A DNA stretch of 64,000 nt from the human T2T-CHM13v2.0 reference genome, Homo sapiens (GCF_009914755.1 NC_060929.1), one strand, 5' to 3'; shown: positions 16,768 to 32,560, numbered from the stretch's first letter. Numbers and translations are program-made. Notes: generated by a model not told the origin, from the sequence alone.

Positions 16768-16849
16768 CTTTAGTAGATGGAAAAGTAATTGCGGTTTTCT
16801 GCCATTAAAAGTAGTGACAAAAATTGCAATTACTTTAGCACCAACAAAA
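16768..16849. mobile_element. MADE1 (Hsmar1-derived ~80-bp palindromic MITE)
   Basis: aaaagtaattgcggttttctgccatt...gtgacaaaaattgcaattactttagcaccaac: inverted arms matching the MADE1 consensus. Confidence 0.9.
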
Positions 16850-19599
16850 TACTTAATATGTCTAGTTTTCAACAAAACACTGTAGGATACACAAAGAATC
16901 CGGAAAGTATGGCTCATACACAGGAAAAACAGTCAATAGGAACTACTCCTAATTATGTGCTGACATTGGACTTATGAGACAAAGACCTAAACAGTTATTA
17001 AAGATGTGTGTAAAAACCAGAAGAAATTATATCTAAAAAATTAAAGGAAGTAATAAGAACTATGTTTCACCAATAAAGAATATAAATAAATGGATAGAAA
17101 TTATTTTGTATAAAGTACTAAATGGAAAGTCTAATGTTTAAATTCTGAAGTTTAAAGATGAAGTAACTGACATGAAAAATTCACTATAGTGGCTCAACAG
17201 AAGATTTAAACTTACAGCAGAAAGAATCCCCAAATAAGAAGAGAGATCAATTGAGATTATCTAGTTGGAGAAACAGAAAGAAGCAAGAATGAAATGAAAA
17301 GAAAACTCTCAGTGACTTGTGTGACACCATGAAGCTTACTAACATCTACTGAAAAGAGAAAAAGGGCAGGAAAATAGTTGAAAAAGTATAGCTGAAATTT
17401 TTTCAATTTCGATAAAAAACTTTCATCTACATCTAAAAAGCTTAATGAACCGAAGAGGATAAACTTGAAGAGACATAGGCCTAGACACAACAAAAATGAG
17501 ACTCTCAAAAATGTGATTCTTGGAAGTAGTAAGACAGAAAAATAACGTGTATGAATTTTCTCTCAATAAATCTGTTATTTAAAAAAGAACCAATGAATAT
17601 GTAGAAGAGATGAATGAATGATGAACCAATAAATGTGAATATGTACAAGAGGTCATAAAAATAGAAAACTTAAAGAAAAAGGGAAGGAAAATTACTTGTG
17701 AAAATTTTACACATTAATGATTTTTTTTTAGTATCCAAGAATGTTATTTTCAGTGAGTAGATCAATCAAAGAATTACCAAAGCATTAATCAGTTCAACTG
17801 ATATTCAAGAATTTCTGAATTTACTCTAGTCTACTTTGGCTTTCTGGAGGCATTTATTTAATTTACTCTTGCATAATATCTTACTCAATTAGGTACTTCC
17901 GTGGGTTCCTTGAAGATTGCTCAGAAAGAGGCAAAAAGGAATGAAAAGCAAGTAACATGTTTGGAAATAAATGGACAGAAAATGTATTTCTTTTAGAAAA
18001 GTGGACTAAAAATGGAAAAATGCATTGAGCTTCAAGAATTTTTTTCTATTACCTTATGGTATGCTATTTTTCACTGTAAAAAGGTTTTGAATTAGGCTCC
18101 AATATCATAAATGGCAAGAGATCCTCTTTCAGAAGTACTTGGGAGCTTTACAACATGGAAATGGACTCTAAACATAATATTTAGAAAATAGTTGCTTTCT
18201 TCAAAATGGGACAAAAATACATCTATTTTTTAAAGGCACACTGCATTAGAAGTTCTCACATTTTAGTATGAGAAAATCTCCTTTTACAACTATATGTTCT
18301 AGTGGCCTTGAGGCACAAAAACGAGAGGCTATTCTACATATTGAATAAATGGCCAATTCTTAAGATATCTTTGACAATTCAGTGGACATGCACAATGAAA
18401 ACTGTATTTTAAATCTTTTTTGGACAATTTCATTTCCATGAAAAATAGAATGAAGCTATATCTTTGTTCAGTGTTATTGTGAACACTAAAATCCTGGGCA
18501 CGGAGACCGCAATAATATTACAGAAATAGACAGTGACTCAAGACCAGACAATTTTAACATCAGACTCCAGTGAGCCTAAAAACCCATAGATGAAAATAAA
18601 ATGATAAGTATATGTATTTCTTAAATGTATGTATTTTAAGTAGCAAAGTCTTTCCAGAATATTAAATTGACTTGATATCTAAATATTCATTTTTAGAAGG
18701 ACCGAAAAGCTGATTACTTTCTACCCATTGGAAAAATGTGTATGCTTTTAAAAACAATTCATATATTTTCTGATGTTGATTTTTTCTCCATTAGAGGATG
18801 ATTTTGAGGCCTTTTCTCAAGAAGATGTTTTTAATTAACCATTTGGGCTACATTAGCTAAGGTAGAATTCATACCCACCATTCAAGAGCTTTATGAGTTA
18901 GATGTTTATGCATAGCAAGTCACCCAAGTGTAACGTCTCTGTCATTGGAGGTATTTTGCAGCATGGCTAACACACCAAGATTAAAATTATTAACGAATCC
19001 AGGACTCGCTATGGTGCCTTTTCAAGAAAAAGGTGACACAAATAAATGTAATCACTGAAAATGTTATTAACAATTTGCATGAGTAGATATATATTTTTAA
19101 TGTTTATATGTTGAGTACTTAAAATTAATATGAATAATTCTGATTTGTTCATTACAAGATCTTACTCTTGCTTCCAAAAAATTCTCTCTGCTTTCAGTTT
19201 TTTCATATGTAAAAGAATATTAAGATAAGTAATTCATAATGTTATCTTATTAATTGCACTGAAAGTTCATTAAAGGTCCGTATTCTTATCTGGAAAATAG
19301 AACATAAACATACATTTTCATACACAATTTGAAAAGAATCACAGGTCTCAGTGTAAGAATTCGAGAACTATATGGTCTTTACAGCCTCTTTATTATAAAT
19401 TAATATCATTCTAAGCACTCTACCATTGTATTCAGAACACATAAATATCAACACACTTGTGGGTTCCCAAATCTGTAAAGGTACATTATTATTTTGTTTG
19501 CATTGTGGCAGTTTTCCTGTAGGTTTTTTTTCACTAATAATTCGAGAAAAAAGAATAGCTTCAGCAGTAAAGTCATTCAGTTATATAACTGAAACATCA

Positions 19600-19800
19600 T
19601 TCCACTAGGTTCTAATATAGGAATACCTATACTTTTCTTTATCAAGTATTTCCTAGTTGTGTGATCTTAGATAAATTAATGTTATATATTTTATATATTT
19701 TATAAAAGAGTTGTTTTTTTATTAGTAAGCTAATGTGTGTGAAGCCCTTAAAGTAATTTCTGTCAAATAGTAAGCACACTATAAATTTAACTATTATTTT
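19600..19800 (+). mobile_element. MIR remnant
   Basis: ctagttgtgtgatcttagataaatt core and aatagtaagcacactataaat tail. Confidence 0.55.
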
Positions 19801-20415
19801 ATTATCTATTCTTTACAAATCAGTAATACGTATTGTACACGTATTAGTTTGTAGTCTTATAGTACAGTTTTCAGTGGCTAATAATAGCCTTCATGAGAGG
19901 TTTTATTATGTTTATTTTTGTCTAGTTTTACTTGGTTTAGTAGTTGAATCAATGCCTGATTTGGGGCTGCCATACTTTTTAGACACAGAATTTCTAAGAC
20001 TCTTAAATTATGTGTTTGTTTTGTATCTGTTCACACTTGTTCAATATAAACATATTGAAAGTGAATTTCTATGAATTAACTCCAAAAAGCAATGAAAAAT
20101 TTTAAATACAATCTGTCTCAAGAAATGCTCATGGCCAGTAATTTGTGAAATATGAAAAGGAAAGAGGATGGGAAACAGTTGTTTCCTTCCATGTAGTTCT
20201 TCCACTTATATATACACATGGTCTCAGTGACCACTAGATACTCACCACTCCTTCCCTAGCTCTTTGCTCTGACAATCACCATTAATTACATATGAGATGA
20301 TAATTAAATTTTTCCTTAAGTTTTGGCTTTCTCTTACTCCAGCTTCATAAGTTAATACTACCGTGCTTCTAATGCAAGAAAAAGAAGCATCAACATGCTA
20401 GTGTGCTTATATATT

Positions 20416-20635
20416 CTTTTTTTCTTTTCTTTTTTTTTTTTTAGACGAAGTCTTGTTCTGTTACCCTGCCTGAAGTATGGTGGTACGGTCATAGCTCACT
20501 GCATCTTCAAACTCCTGGATTCAAGCAATCTTATCACCTCAGCCTCATCAGTAGCTAGGACTACAGGCATGCACCACCATGCCCAGCTAAGTTTTAATTT
20601 TTGTAAAGACAAGTTCTCCCTATGTTGCCTAGGTT
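20416..20635 (-). mobile_element. AluJ, 5'-truncated
   Basis: Poly(T), right arm with AluJ-type tcatagctcactgcatcttcaaactcctgg, linker and partial left arm. Confidence 0.88.
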
Positions 20636-21224
20636 TATTTAGTCTCATACTAACAGTTCACAGGTTACTTGGAAGTCATTTATTTAAATTTAAATAAGTA
20701 CTACTTTAGTCATTCTAGTCTTGGTACAGTTCTAATTGTTACAATGATGACCATCATATGAGATTGGTAGGCTGCTAATCATTTTACTTGTCATGAACTA
20801 TGATAATGAAAGTCAAGAAGGCAGTGATAATCACAAACTTGGAGTGCCTGGCATTTTAATGGTCTAAAATTTAAACTACATGGAAAGTAAATTAATAGCC
20901 TGGAATGTACTAATTTTTGGTTTTGAAAAATGAAAGAGAATATAAGATATAAAGTAGCATGAAATTTGTCTCCCTGGTTTAAGAAATGCATTGACCTACA
21001 AAAATAGCTGCTTTATATTAAAACATTATGTGACACAACTGGTGCTGTGAAAATACTGACACATTTTTGTACAAAGTGAAGAGAAGATATTATTTTGGAG
21101 TTGTACTTCTGCACACTGAGGATTTTTATGATATGATTTAAACTGTAATTGCTTATATTAAATAAAACTTGACTTGCTGAGAAAGTTCAATATATATAAT
21201 TTGACACTTTACACTTCTTTGCAG

Positions 21225-21251
21225 GATCTCAAATCCATGCAAATTTCATGG
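21225..21251 (+). other. Candidate 27-nt micro-exon (unverified)
   Basis: Acceptor ctttacacttctttgcag, exon gatctcaaatccatgcaaatttcatgg, donor gtaagt; branch-like tttgac about 20 nt upstream; lies in non-repetitive DNA. Confidence 0.3.
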
Positions 21252-24200
21252 GTAAGTGAGCAGTCTTAATCAAGACTTGTTTAATTTGCCAGCAAAAAAA
21301 TGACTAATCATTTTATTTTAGTGCTTTTTAGAGAGTAATTTTTTCCAGTAATGTGGCTCCTACATAAAATATTATTTATAGGATCTATTGAATGTCATAT
21401 GCAACTTCCTCATCATTTAGAATACATAGAAAATTGTGTTCATCTTTCAATAATTGCAGATTTCCTTTGATTTACTTACGTTAATTTAGAAAAGCAGATC
21501 AGTAATCAATAGATAATGTGAATTGATACTTTGTTCTCCAATTATATTATATATTACTGAATTCTGACTTTCCGCATGGGGTGTCCCTGCCCCAAGCCAA
21601 TGCCTGTGCTTATCAATCAGGTCTGACACATGTTATAAGCAAAGGAAGCGCTTCCCCATTTCCTGCCCCTTGAGTGAATGACTATCTTCTGATGCACCAC
21701 CCACTGGCTTTTTTAGAGGAGTTCAGGAATGAAAGAGGAGGAGAAAAGGGAAGAGGAAAAAAGAGAAATAAACTTTATATTTAAAATACCATCTAGAAGA
21801 ACTATTTTCCATACCTTCCCGCTTCTGAAAAAAATACTTTTATTAATTCCTAAGGTACTTTCGCATGAAGAGCAGTTCCTGACTTAAACTACCCTGAACT
21901 ATGATGCTTAAATTTATGATGATTTTTATGAGCTTTAAGACGTCAGTGATGACGATCTAGTATCCCACAGGGGAAGCACTCTATTACCACTTGTTATTTG
22001 GCACAAGTAATATGCAGTCAAATGTGTTTCACATGTGTTTCTTTACACATTTTAAAATAGGCATGGAGCATATTAAAGAGAGAAGTTTCAGGGCCAGAAA
22101 AAAAAATATGCTTTGACTGCTTTCAGACAAGGATACATGGCATCATAAAATATATCAAAGGAAAAATGAAAAAGCAAATAAAATGTGTACTGAATCCCAA
22201 TATTTTGGCTCTTTTTTAACTCCAATATTTGTTAAGATTCTAATTTGGAGTGTAGCTCTTGATACACTTACTGGTGGGAAGAAATTACAAGAAGATAAAA
22301 AATCAAGCTCCAAATCCTCACCTTGGTCCCATACTTTTTTATGTTCATGTGTTTAAGGCAGAGAGAACGATGTAGATCGAGGCTTCAAATTTGCTAATAA
22401 TCTAAGTTGATTTTTACCAATGACATATAGGGTCTTTCTAAATGAGAAAATGAGAACATGCAGGTTCTCTGTTACCTATGCTTACTATTTAAAAGTAATG
22501 CTACCTCTACAAGATACTCTGTTTAGTGCTAATTTTGTAGATATTTGCTTTACTATTTTACTACTGTGTTTATAAAAGCAAATTTTTCTTTCAAAACAAA
22601 ATAACATGCTTCAAAAATTATAAGGGAAGGGAAAAATTAAGACCCAGTTCTCAGTATGCATTTTTTATTTGGAAAACTAGACTCTTTTCTGAGGCAAAAA
22701 TGTAAAATTTTATTTGTTTTACAGTTTTTCTTCATACGTTTTAGCTACTTTACTTGTAGGATATATGATTCAAGGCCTGCTAGAGCAAACTCCATCTTTT
22801 AATGAAACGATTATTTTGTGAAAATATATAAATACCAAATTATTTCTACTATCAAAGTTAGGAATTAATATATTTCCATTCAACTTTTGAAAATTGTAAT
22901 GTGTTATCCAGTAGAGGCAATCTATATCTCTTTTCACTTTGAGTTAATAATGTTTTGTAGACTTCCTCTAAGAAGTTGGTTAATGCTTTCTCAAGCAGGA
23001 ATTTATCTATTCAGCTATTCATTTGACCATTAGTAACATTTACTAAACATTTACTGTGCATTCCGCATTGCACCGGAATGCTCAGTCCTTTTCTAAGGAG
23101 AAACATAGCCTATAAACCAGAAAAAATAAAACCTCAACAAATAATTTCACCTACAGGACAGTGAGATAGGTGTTTTAGTAAGGGAGTCAGGTGGATCTGA
23201 ACACAGTGGTAGAATACTGGTTACATGTGGGGTTTTCCAGGTGATTTGCAGGTTTTCATTTAATTGAAATCCCTGTCATGGAATGCAAGACCTCAACTAG
23301 AGCATCTAAATTATTGTATATACTTAGGAGGAAATGGGCTACATTCGAGGCCATATCTAAGGTTGATAAATTATTTAAATAAAATAAACCTAAGTGAATC
23401 CTTATTGTCATTCTGATTATAAATCTACCATCTCCTAGTATATAATTTTTCAAGAATATTCTAAAGCACAGGCAATATTTTAAAAATACTTTTAATCAAA
23501 GGAACTGGCATAGGTAGCTGCACATAAATTTAAATATATAGATATAATTGTCTAACTTATAATTACAACCAATTTGTCATTAGTTGCAAATCATTTTCCG
23601 TCACAAAATATATTGAAGACAGTACTCTTTCATTGAAGAGATAATCTTCCTTCTTCAATTTGTTCATGTTAAAAATAAATGGTGAAACTCTTCGAGGATT
23701 TTTGTTTGTTTTTCTTCTGTAACCGAGAAGAGCAAATAGAGTGAAAGTCAGAAAAGCAAGACAGAATTACATGCAAGAGATATTTTGTGAAAGTCTCTTA
23801 AAAGAGAAAATGGTTCTAAGTTGAACAAACCACCTCATTATTATGCTTTACAATATTCCATTGAAAGCCAGCACATTAGCAAAGAAAGGGAATTGCCAAG
23901 GACAACAAGGAAACATTAGGGAAAAATATAATTAAAGATAAAGTAGGCTACATGTTATTATAAATATCTATTACAGCCAGCAACATGGCTCTATAGTGTC
24001 TTTTTTTAAAAGTTGATTCATAAGCACAAATCAATCATACAGAAAATTAATGGAATGAAAAGGTTATCTTCTTTCTACTCAATTGATTTCAGCATGAAAT
24101 AATAGCCAATATTAAACTATCACAAAAGAACAGAAAATTAACCATCCTCAGATTAGCATGAATCGCAACTAGGTGAAAGCTGTGATTTAAACTAACAATA

Positions 24201-25375
24201 TTTGAACTAAAAGATATGAATTAAATAATGTATTTGACCTAAAAATAACATATATATGCAGAATCAATCACATATTTTTATCACATCCTACGTATTTTGA
24301 GTAAGCCTGTAGTTATATATTTTTGCATGAAGCTATATGCCTTATATTTGTATTTCTGTAATAGTTTTATTTATATGCAACTTTGAAAGCCTCATTTCCT
24401 TTTATTGGTTGTGAAAAGAGATCTCTACTTGCCAAAAGAAAGCATAAGTGATGTTACATAATTGACTTTTAGTACATTATTGTGGCTATAAAGTTGTATG
24501 CATAAATGTGTGACTTTAAAGAACAGGGACATTATAGTTGAGGCACGAGATGTGTTGTATTTTGAAACTGTGTCCCTTTTATTATTGTCAACATGGAACA
24601 TATGTGTTTTTGTACTTCATATTTTTAATTAAAATATTCCTGGCTAGATGCTAAATTGTATTCTTATGTTTTTGACAGTATGTACATGGGAAAATCCAAT
24701 ATAATAATATACTGGCTACTTATATATCCCAAAAGCTCAAAAGTAATAACAGTTTTGAGATTTGAATCCATGCTACTCAGCTGAGTTAAACATTTACTTG
24801 CCTTAAAACTGAGTTTTTGCTACATTGGATATGAGGCATTTTAAAATTTCACATATATTTTTATAATCCATTCTGTTGGCCAGAAACTTACAAATCATTG
24901 TACAATGGATTGTACACTTTTCCAAAATGATATTCAGCAACTAGAATATTCATAAAATACTTGTGCTGAAATTTAGGTTACTACACCCTTGGAAATATTA
25001 GCTTTGGGGTAGTTCTAAAAGTCACTCTGATGCTAATTTGATTGAAAGTAATTCACTTTACATTATTTTGATAACATACAATGTATAGCCTTTCAAACCC
25101 TACAGAAAAAAAGAAAGCTAACCTATTAGGAGCTAATGGTTCAGAATATAACATCCATTTTTTATGGATGATCAAGGTAGGTTAAACACAGAAAAATAAA
25201 AAGTTTGAAGTCATGGAATACATTACAAGAATGCAGTTATATAAACCTAAAAAGGTATCCATATTTATTGCAAGATTTAGTAAATGCTTGATTTTACTAA
25301 TGTTCTTCATAAATCTCCTAAATATTTTGGAGCATATCATATGACTCTCCATCTTAGATCTCTTTACAAAATGAG

Positions 25376-25506
25376 AGCTGGGTGTGGTGGCAGTTGTCTG
25401 TTGTCCCAGCTACTTTGGAGGCTGAGGCATGAGGATCCCTTTAGCTCAAGGGAATCAGACCAGCTTGGACAATATGGTGAGACTTCATCTCTAAAAATAA
25501 ATAAAT
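25376..25506 (+). mobile_element. FLAM (free left Alu monomer, FLAM_A-like)
   Basis: Single ~130-bp monomer with (TAAA)n tail; TSD aaatgag(a) on both sides. Confidence 0.85.
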
Positions 25507-27234
25507 AAATGAGATACTCATGTAAAATACCTTTGTAAGTAATTAAAAGTTCAAAGACAAAACTATTAATATTCGAGCCCTCTTATCTGACTTGACTGAA
25601 ATGTTTTTGTTTTATTTATTTGTTTGTCCATCCTGTTCATGTAGTTAGTTTACGGATAAAACTACACATTGCAGTGCTTTTCAAGAAAACAATCGCCAAT
25701 TTTCACTCTAAATGCTAAACATTTCATTCCTCTTCTATGTTCAGAGACAATATTTGTTCTTATCCATCCTATTCTGAAATGGACTTTTCAAAAATATATA
25801 GTATGGTTATGCTAAACAAATGAAATACCTGAGAATAGTAGTCTTTAGTGTGACTACTAATGACTCTTACCTTCAACAACTCAATTTTTATGACTCTTGA
25901 ATCATATGGCCAACTTCTAAAAATGTTTCTTCCAATTTCCATTTCACTGATAATGTATTGAACATTAGCATTCCTAATCATGCCAAAGTGATGAATGAAC
26001 TAATTTTTCTTTGAAAATTTACTTTGCAGTTTCTTTCATTAGTAGTCATTTTTTATATTTGTTTTTTATTTTACTCTTATTTATAGGTTTGTGTCTTTGA
26101 CCACACATTTTATTATAGTACGTCTTTTCTTATTGACTGGAAGGAGTTCATGCACTAAATTTTTAAAAATCTTACAAGAGAAGCTAGTTTTCTCTTGGCT
26201 CCTGGGTGCAATTCAAGGACTTATATTTGTATTACTAAAGCAAATGTGGTAAGGGTTTCTTTAAAACAAAACTTCAGATCCTGTCTGGGTATTTTGTTGA
26301 CTGGGTGGCAAATATTTTGCCAAATTATTGATACATAGCTGTTGCTTACTATGCGATTTTTAGATATTAAGATATCGGTGTATTCAATATATCCATAAAT
26401 TGTACAAATAAATGAATACATTTATTCTTAATTATGCATTTTTAATCATAATTTTGTACAGTGGGTGGTTTTCTTACTGTCAGTCAATATTCAGTTATTG
26501 AATATAACCCAGATAATAAACATTCATTTTATTTAGAGACTTGCTAGTAACCTAAGACTTGTCTAATTTCTCTCTGCTTTACTCTCATATACTAGGAAAG
26601 ATCCAGGAAAAATTATAAAGTTACTGTAAAGATCAAATTTTCTTGATATTCCAGGAAAATTCTGGTTTGTATCTTCTGTAAGTTAATTAATCTTGTGAGT
26701 AATGTTTATAGTTCATTTCACTGTCAAAAGTTTCCCTGCTAGGATTATAATTTGAGATCATAAATTTAATAGGAAAATATAGTTATCTTACAGTGAGAGA
26801 GGTAAATTAATAGGATTTATTATACAGGAAGATCCTTCTGATTATACAGCAAACAATAGATTAGATCATAGCTTGAGCAAGGACCAGGACCAAAAACAAC
26901 AATCCTCAAGAAGCTATTAAGATAACCTCTAAGAAAGAAAATGGTAAATTAAGCAAGTATGAACACTGTAGAAAAATAAATTTTAAAAAATTAAACGATA
27001 TTAATGAGTAAAAAAAATTAAAAATTATCTGAGTTTGGTATGAGTGAGCTAGAGTAGTAAAAAATCACTTCTTTTATTTATTTATTTATTTTTGCTTCTG
27101 CCATCGGTCAATGGTGTAGGGAACAAAAAAGGGAAGTGATTTGTTGCAGACATAGATAAATCATGGACGAGCTGATGTCAAGACCTTTGATACATGAAGG
27201 TGAAAAGGCGGGTCCTAGAACTCAGAAAGGATAT

Positions 27235-27840
27235 CTACAACCATCTACTCTTTGACAGTTAAGAATAAAAAATAATGGGGAAAGGACTCCCTATTATATA
27301 ATTGGTGCTGGAATAACGGGCTAGCCATATGTGGAAGATTGAAACTGGCCCCCTTCCTTACACCATATACAAAAATCAACTCAAGATAGATTTAAGACTT
27401 AAACGTATAAATCTAAAACTATAAAAACCCTAGAAGAAAACCTAGGAAATACCATTCTGGAGATAGACCTTGGCAAAGATTTGATCACGAAGCCTCCATA
27501 AGCAATCATGACAAAAACAAAAATAGAAAGGTGGGACCTCATTAAACTAAAGAGCTTCTGCACATTAAATAAACAATCAACAGAGTAAACAGACAACCTA
27601 CAGAATGAGAGAAAATATTTGCAAATTATGCACTTGACAAAAGTCTAATATTCAAAATCTATAAGGAACTAAAACAAATCAACATGTAACAGACAACTCC
27701 ATTAAAAACTGAGCAAAGGAAATGAACAGACACTTCTCAAAAGAAGATATACACATGGTCAGCAAGCATATAAAAACGCCCAACACTACTAATCACTGGA
27801 GAAATGCAAATCAAAACAGCCTGAGATATCATCTCACACA
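27235..27840 (+). mobile_element. L1PA/L1PB ORF2 3' fragment
   Basis: ggggaaaggactccctatt...ctagccatatg...aaactaaagagcttctgcac...gagatatcatctcacac; no 3'UTR or poly(A). Confidence 0.9.
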
Positions 27841-27849
27841 ATGCTCAAG

Positions 27850-28900
27850 AAACCACCACGAGCATGCTGCATGGTCACAGACGTGGGTCTGTAAAAAAAA
27901 GGCAGTGAAAACATTGTCTCAATGCAGCCTTCAGGAAAACAAACAGTCTATCTAAATGAGAATAAACGAAGGCTATTGAATCAGCCACCATCACCATACA
28001 GCATGCACATGGTGGTTTCTTGTGTATTGCTGCTAATCGTTTATTGAATCTGTGCTGGCGTAGTAACTCAGCATCAGGTCCAAGATCTGTTCTCCTGGTG
28101 TTGAGTTCCTTAGCTATTTATTTGCAGTTTGGTACCCAGATTTCAATATTGGTTCCCCTTTATTTAACATCGTTGGTGGAGATGTGCTGTACCTTTCATT
28201 CTTTTCTGCTTTTTCTAATTATACCTCTGTTTTGTATTGTGTTGCTTAAATGTACTGATTTTCATAAGAAGAATAGTCACAAGGTAGAACACGGCCATAG
28301 CTCCTATAAATCTGGCTTTTGAACAGGCCTCACAAACCAGTATGTTTACAGTTCCTACCAGATCAGCCTTCATCTGGAAATTGTGGTGTGTCACCAATAA
28401 AAATAGATAAGATTCTCCTTCCATCTTGATTTTTGTCTCCCAAGAGCTTGGCTTTGATCCAGAGACTGCAATCACAGTCTTCTGTGTTCACAATCCAGAA
28501 GACTGCAATCCACAGACTTCTGTGTTCACAAAAGAAAAATATTCAGTAGGGAGCCTGAGGCACAAGCTGCAAAGGCATCATTTTAACCAACTGTTGACAT
28601 CTTTCTTGGGGTTATCTAATTCTAATTCTTCTCCCAGAAAAAAAACTCCTGTTTGTTATATGAATCCTCTTTAAAATAAAAATTCCTGTCCTTATTTCTC
28701 TAAATGGCATCATTTCACCAAAGATGATTTGTGCCTTCAATGGCCCTCCTAGGACACATTTGACTTAAAAAGTATTATTCCTTTTAAGAGGCCTTACCAA
28801 ATACAGTAAGATTTCTCAGGCTTCATAGAACATTTTCTATTGGTATTCAAAGACCTCTAAACAAAACTCTGATTCAACAATTACTTCTCTAAAAAATAAT
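27850..28900 (+). mobile_element. ERV1 (MER4-group-like) internal leader/gag remnant
   Basis: Degenerate gag N-terminus (xGLSNSNSSP..TPVCYM at ~28607-28665) followed by cttcaatggcc...gacacatttgac (LQWP..TFD-like) text. No LTR recognised. Confidence 0.5.
28457..28530 (+). repeat. Imperfect 36/38-bp tandem duplication
   Basis: atccagagactgcaatcacagtcttctgtgttcaca followed by atccagaagactgcaatccacagacttctgtgttcaca. Confidence 0.85.
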
Positions 28901-29049
28901 ATGGGAAAAGTTAATGAACCATTTACCAACTAGAAATTAGCAAAATAAGGAAAATAAAGTAGAACTGATTTTATAAAATAGAATATTACCACATGTAAGA
29001 AACTTCAAACATTTGTTATATATCAGGAGTAGACTGTAATTATACAATA

Positions 29050-30350
<1,301 letters not shown>

Positions 30351-30379
30351 TAAATTGGATGCCTGAAAAGGGAATTTTT

Positions 30380-30719
<340 letters not shown>

Positions 30720-31069
30720 CTACTAATAAAATGGTGTATTATACAGATTTAAAACTTATACTGCATAAGGTTATTTAGCAACATGTAATTAAGTTAAAAT
30801 ATATTAATAAGGAAAAAGCAGATTGATATTAGATATATATTTCCAACTATAAGAGATAAAATAAGTCTGTGATTTTACCAGAAAATGTTATTAAGCAGTA
30901 TTGTCTCTATGGTGAGAAATACTTTTTTAAAATATTCATTTAAGTATTTTCAAAACTGCATGATGAGCATGTATTACTTTTTAAACAGTAATAAAAATCA
31001 AAGCAACACAGTATGTTTAACAGTGAGGGAAATAATTATTCTTTCTCCTATTTTTAATAGAAAAAATGT

Positions 31070-32560
31070 ATTGTTACTGAAGTAAAATTTACATGTAAAT
31101 GTTCATTTTGATGTTATGACAGCTTTTCAAAAAACCTGAAACAGAATACAGAATATTTTCATCACCCAAGAAATTTCCTGCTTTCCACTCCATTCCCCAT
31201 TCAACCAGAGGTAGGTAACACCATAGATTAAATTTTGACTGTTTTTTGACTTATAGAAATGAAATAATCAATTATGTATTTTTCTGTGTCTGCCTTCTTC
31301 TGATCAACATAATGCTTTTGAGATTCACTTATCCTGTTACCTGTAAAAATATCAACATTTGAATATCCATTCTTCTGTGGATAGATATTTGGGTGGTTTC
31401 CAATGTTTGGCTATTATGATTAAGGCGGCTATGAATATGCTCATTGATTATTTTAGATAAACAAAAGTTTCTCAAAGTTGATATAAAATTTTACACTCAG
31501 TGATATCTGAGAGTTCCAACTGTGCCCTGTTTGTGACAACATATGGTACCATCTTTTTGTATTTGTTTGTAGTCATTATAGTGTTTTCAGTTTTCATTTC
31601 ACTAAAAACTAAAACCTCAGAAAAGTTTTCATGTGTACTATCTATGATGAGTTAGCTAGTTCATGTATTTATTATAGATTTGGAGATTTTAAAAATGTAT
31701 TATATATACCAGTCATTTTTGGGATACATGAATTACAGATTATTTTTTGATCATCTATAATTTGCATTTTCCTTTCCTCATGATGTATTTTTATTAGCAG
31801 TTGCATTTTATTTTTATAAAATCTAATTAATGTTTTTTATTATTAGATTGTCCTGTGTAAAAACTCTTGTCTTACTAAAATTGTGAAGATAGTTTTTCCA
31901 TAGACGATTTATGGTTCTAAGATAGCCTTTTAAGTTTATGATCCATCTTGAATTAATATTTTTTTTTTAGGTTAAGTAGAGATTAAACTTATTTTTTTCT
32001 TATGACCGTGGAGCTATTCAAACACCATTTGTTAAAAAAAAGGTATTTCATTCTCTCATTTAATTGTCCTGATGCCATAATCCAAAATCAATTAATGATA
32101 TATGACCAGATTTATTTCTGGAATCCCAATTATCTTCCATTTATCTATTTAGTCTTCTGTCATATCACACTATCTTGATTAATATATTATTCTTATATCT
32201 TTGTAAGTCTTCTGAATGTGTTTTTAAAATTTTTTTCAGGATTGTTTTGGCTATTTCAGATCCTTTGCTTCTCTAACAGGTTTAGCAAAAGCAAGTAAGT
32301 TTCTTGACAAAGAATGCATTTGATTTGGAATGCATTGAATCTGCAGGACAATTTGAAGATAACCAAAATATTATTGTCAATTTTTTAATCTATGAATGCT
32401 TATTTTTCTATTAGTTTTGCCACTATTTATCTCAGTATTATTTTGTGGTTTCCACTAATTCTGGTAATTTTCCACATACAGAAAGTGCACGTTTTCCAAT
32501 TGATTTATTATTAGGTATTAGTTGTTTTTCACTAGATTTTTAATGATATTTTGGTATATA
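31070..32560 (-). mobile_element. Old L1M (L1ME-like) 3' region
   Basis: Antisense L1M 3'UTR/ORF2 motifs (gatagatatttgggtggtttccaatgtttggctattatg; aaacaccatttgttaaaa; ggattgttttggctatt). Confidence 0.75.

Noticed and set aside
21900-22020. C/D-box snoRNA suggested by atgatga / gtgatga motifs
   Set aside because: No downstream CTGA D box or terminal stem at a suitable distance.
25865-25981. Minus-strand exon ending in AAG|gtaaga
   Set aside because: Good donor but weak acceptor, and the peptide is not recognisable.
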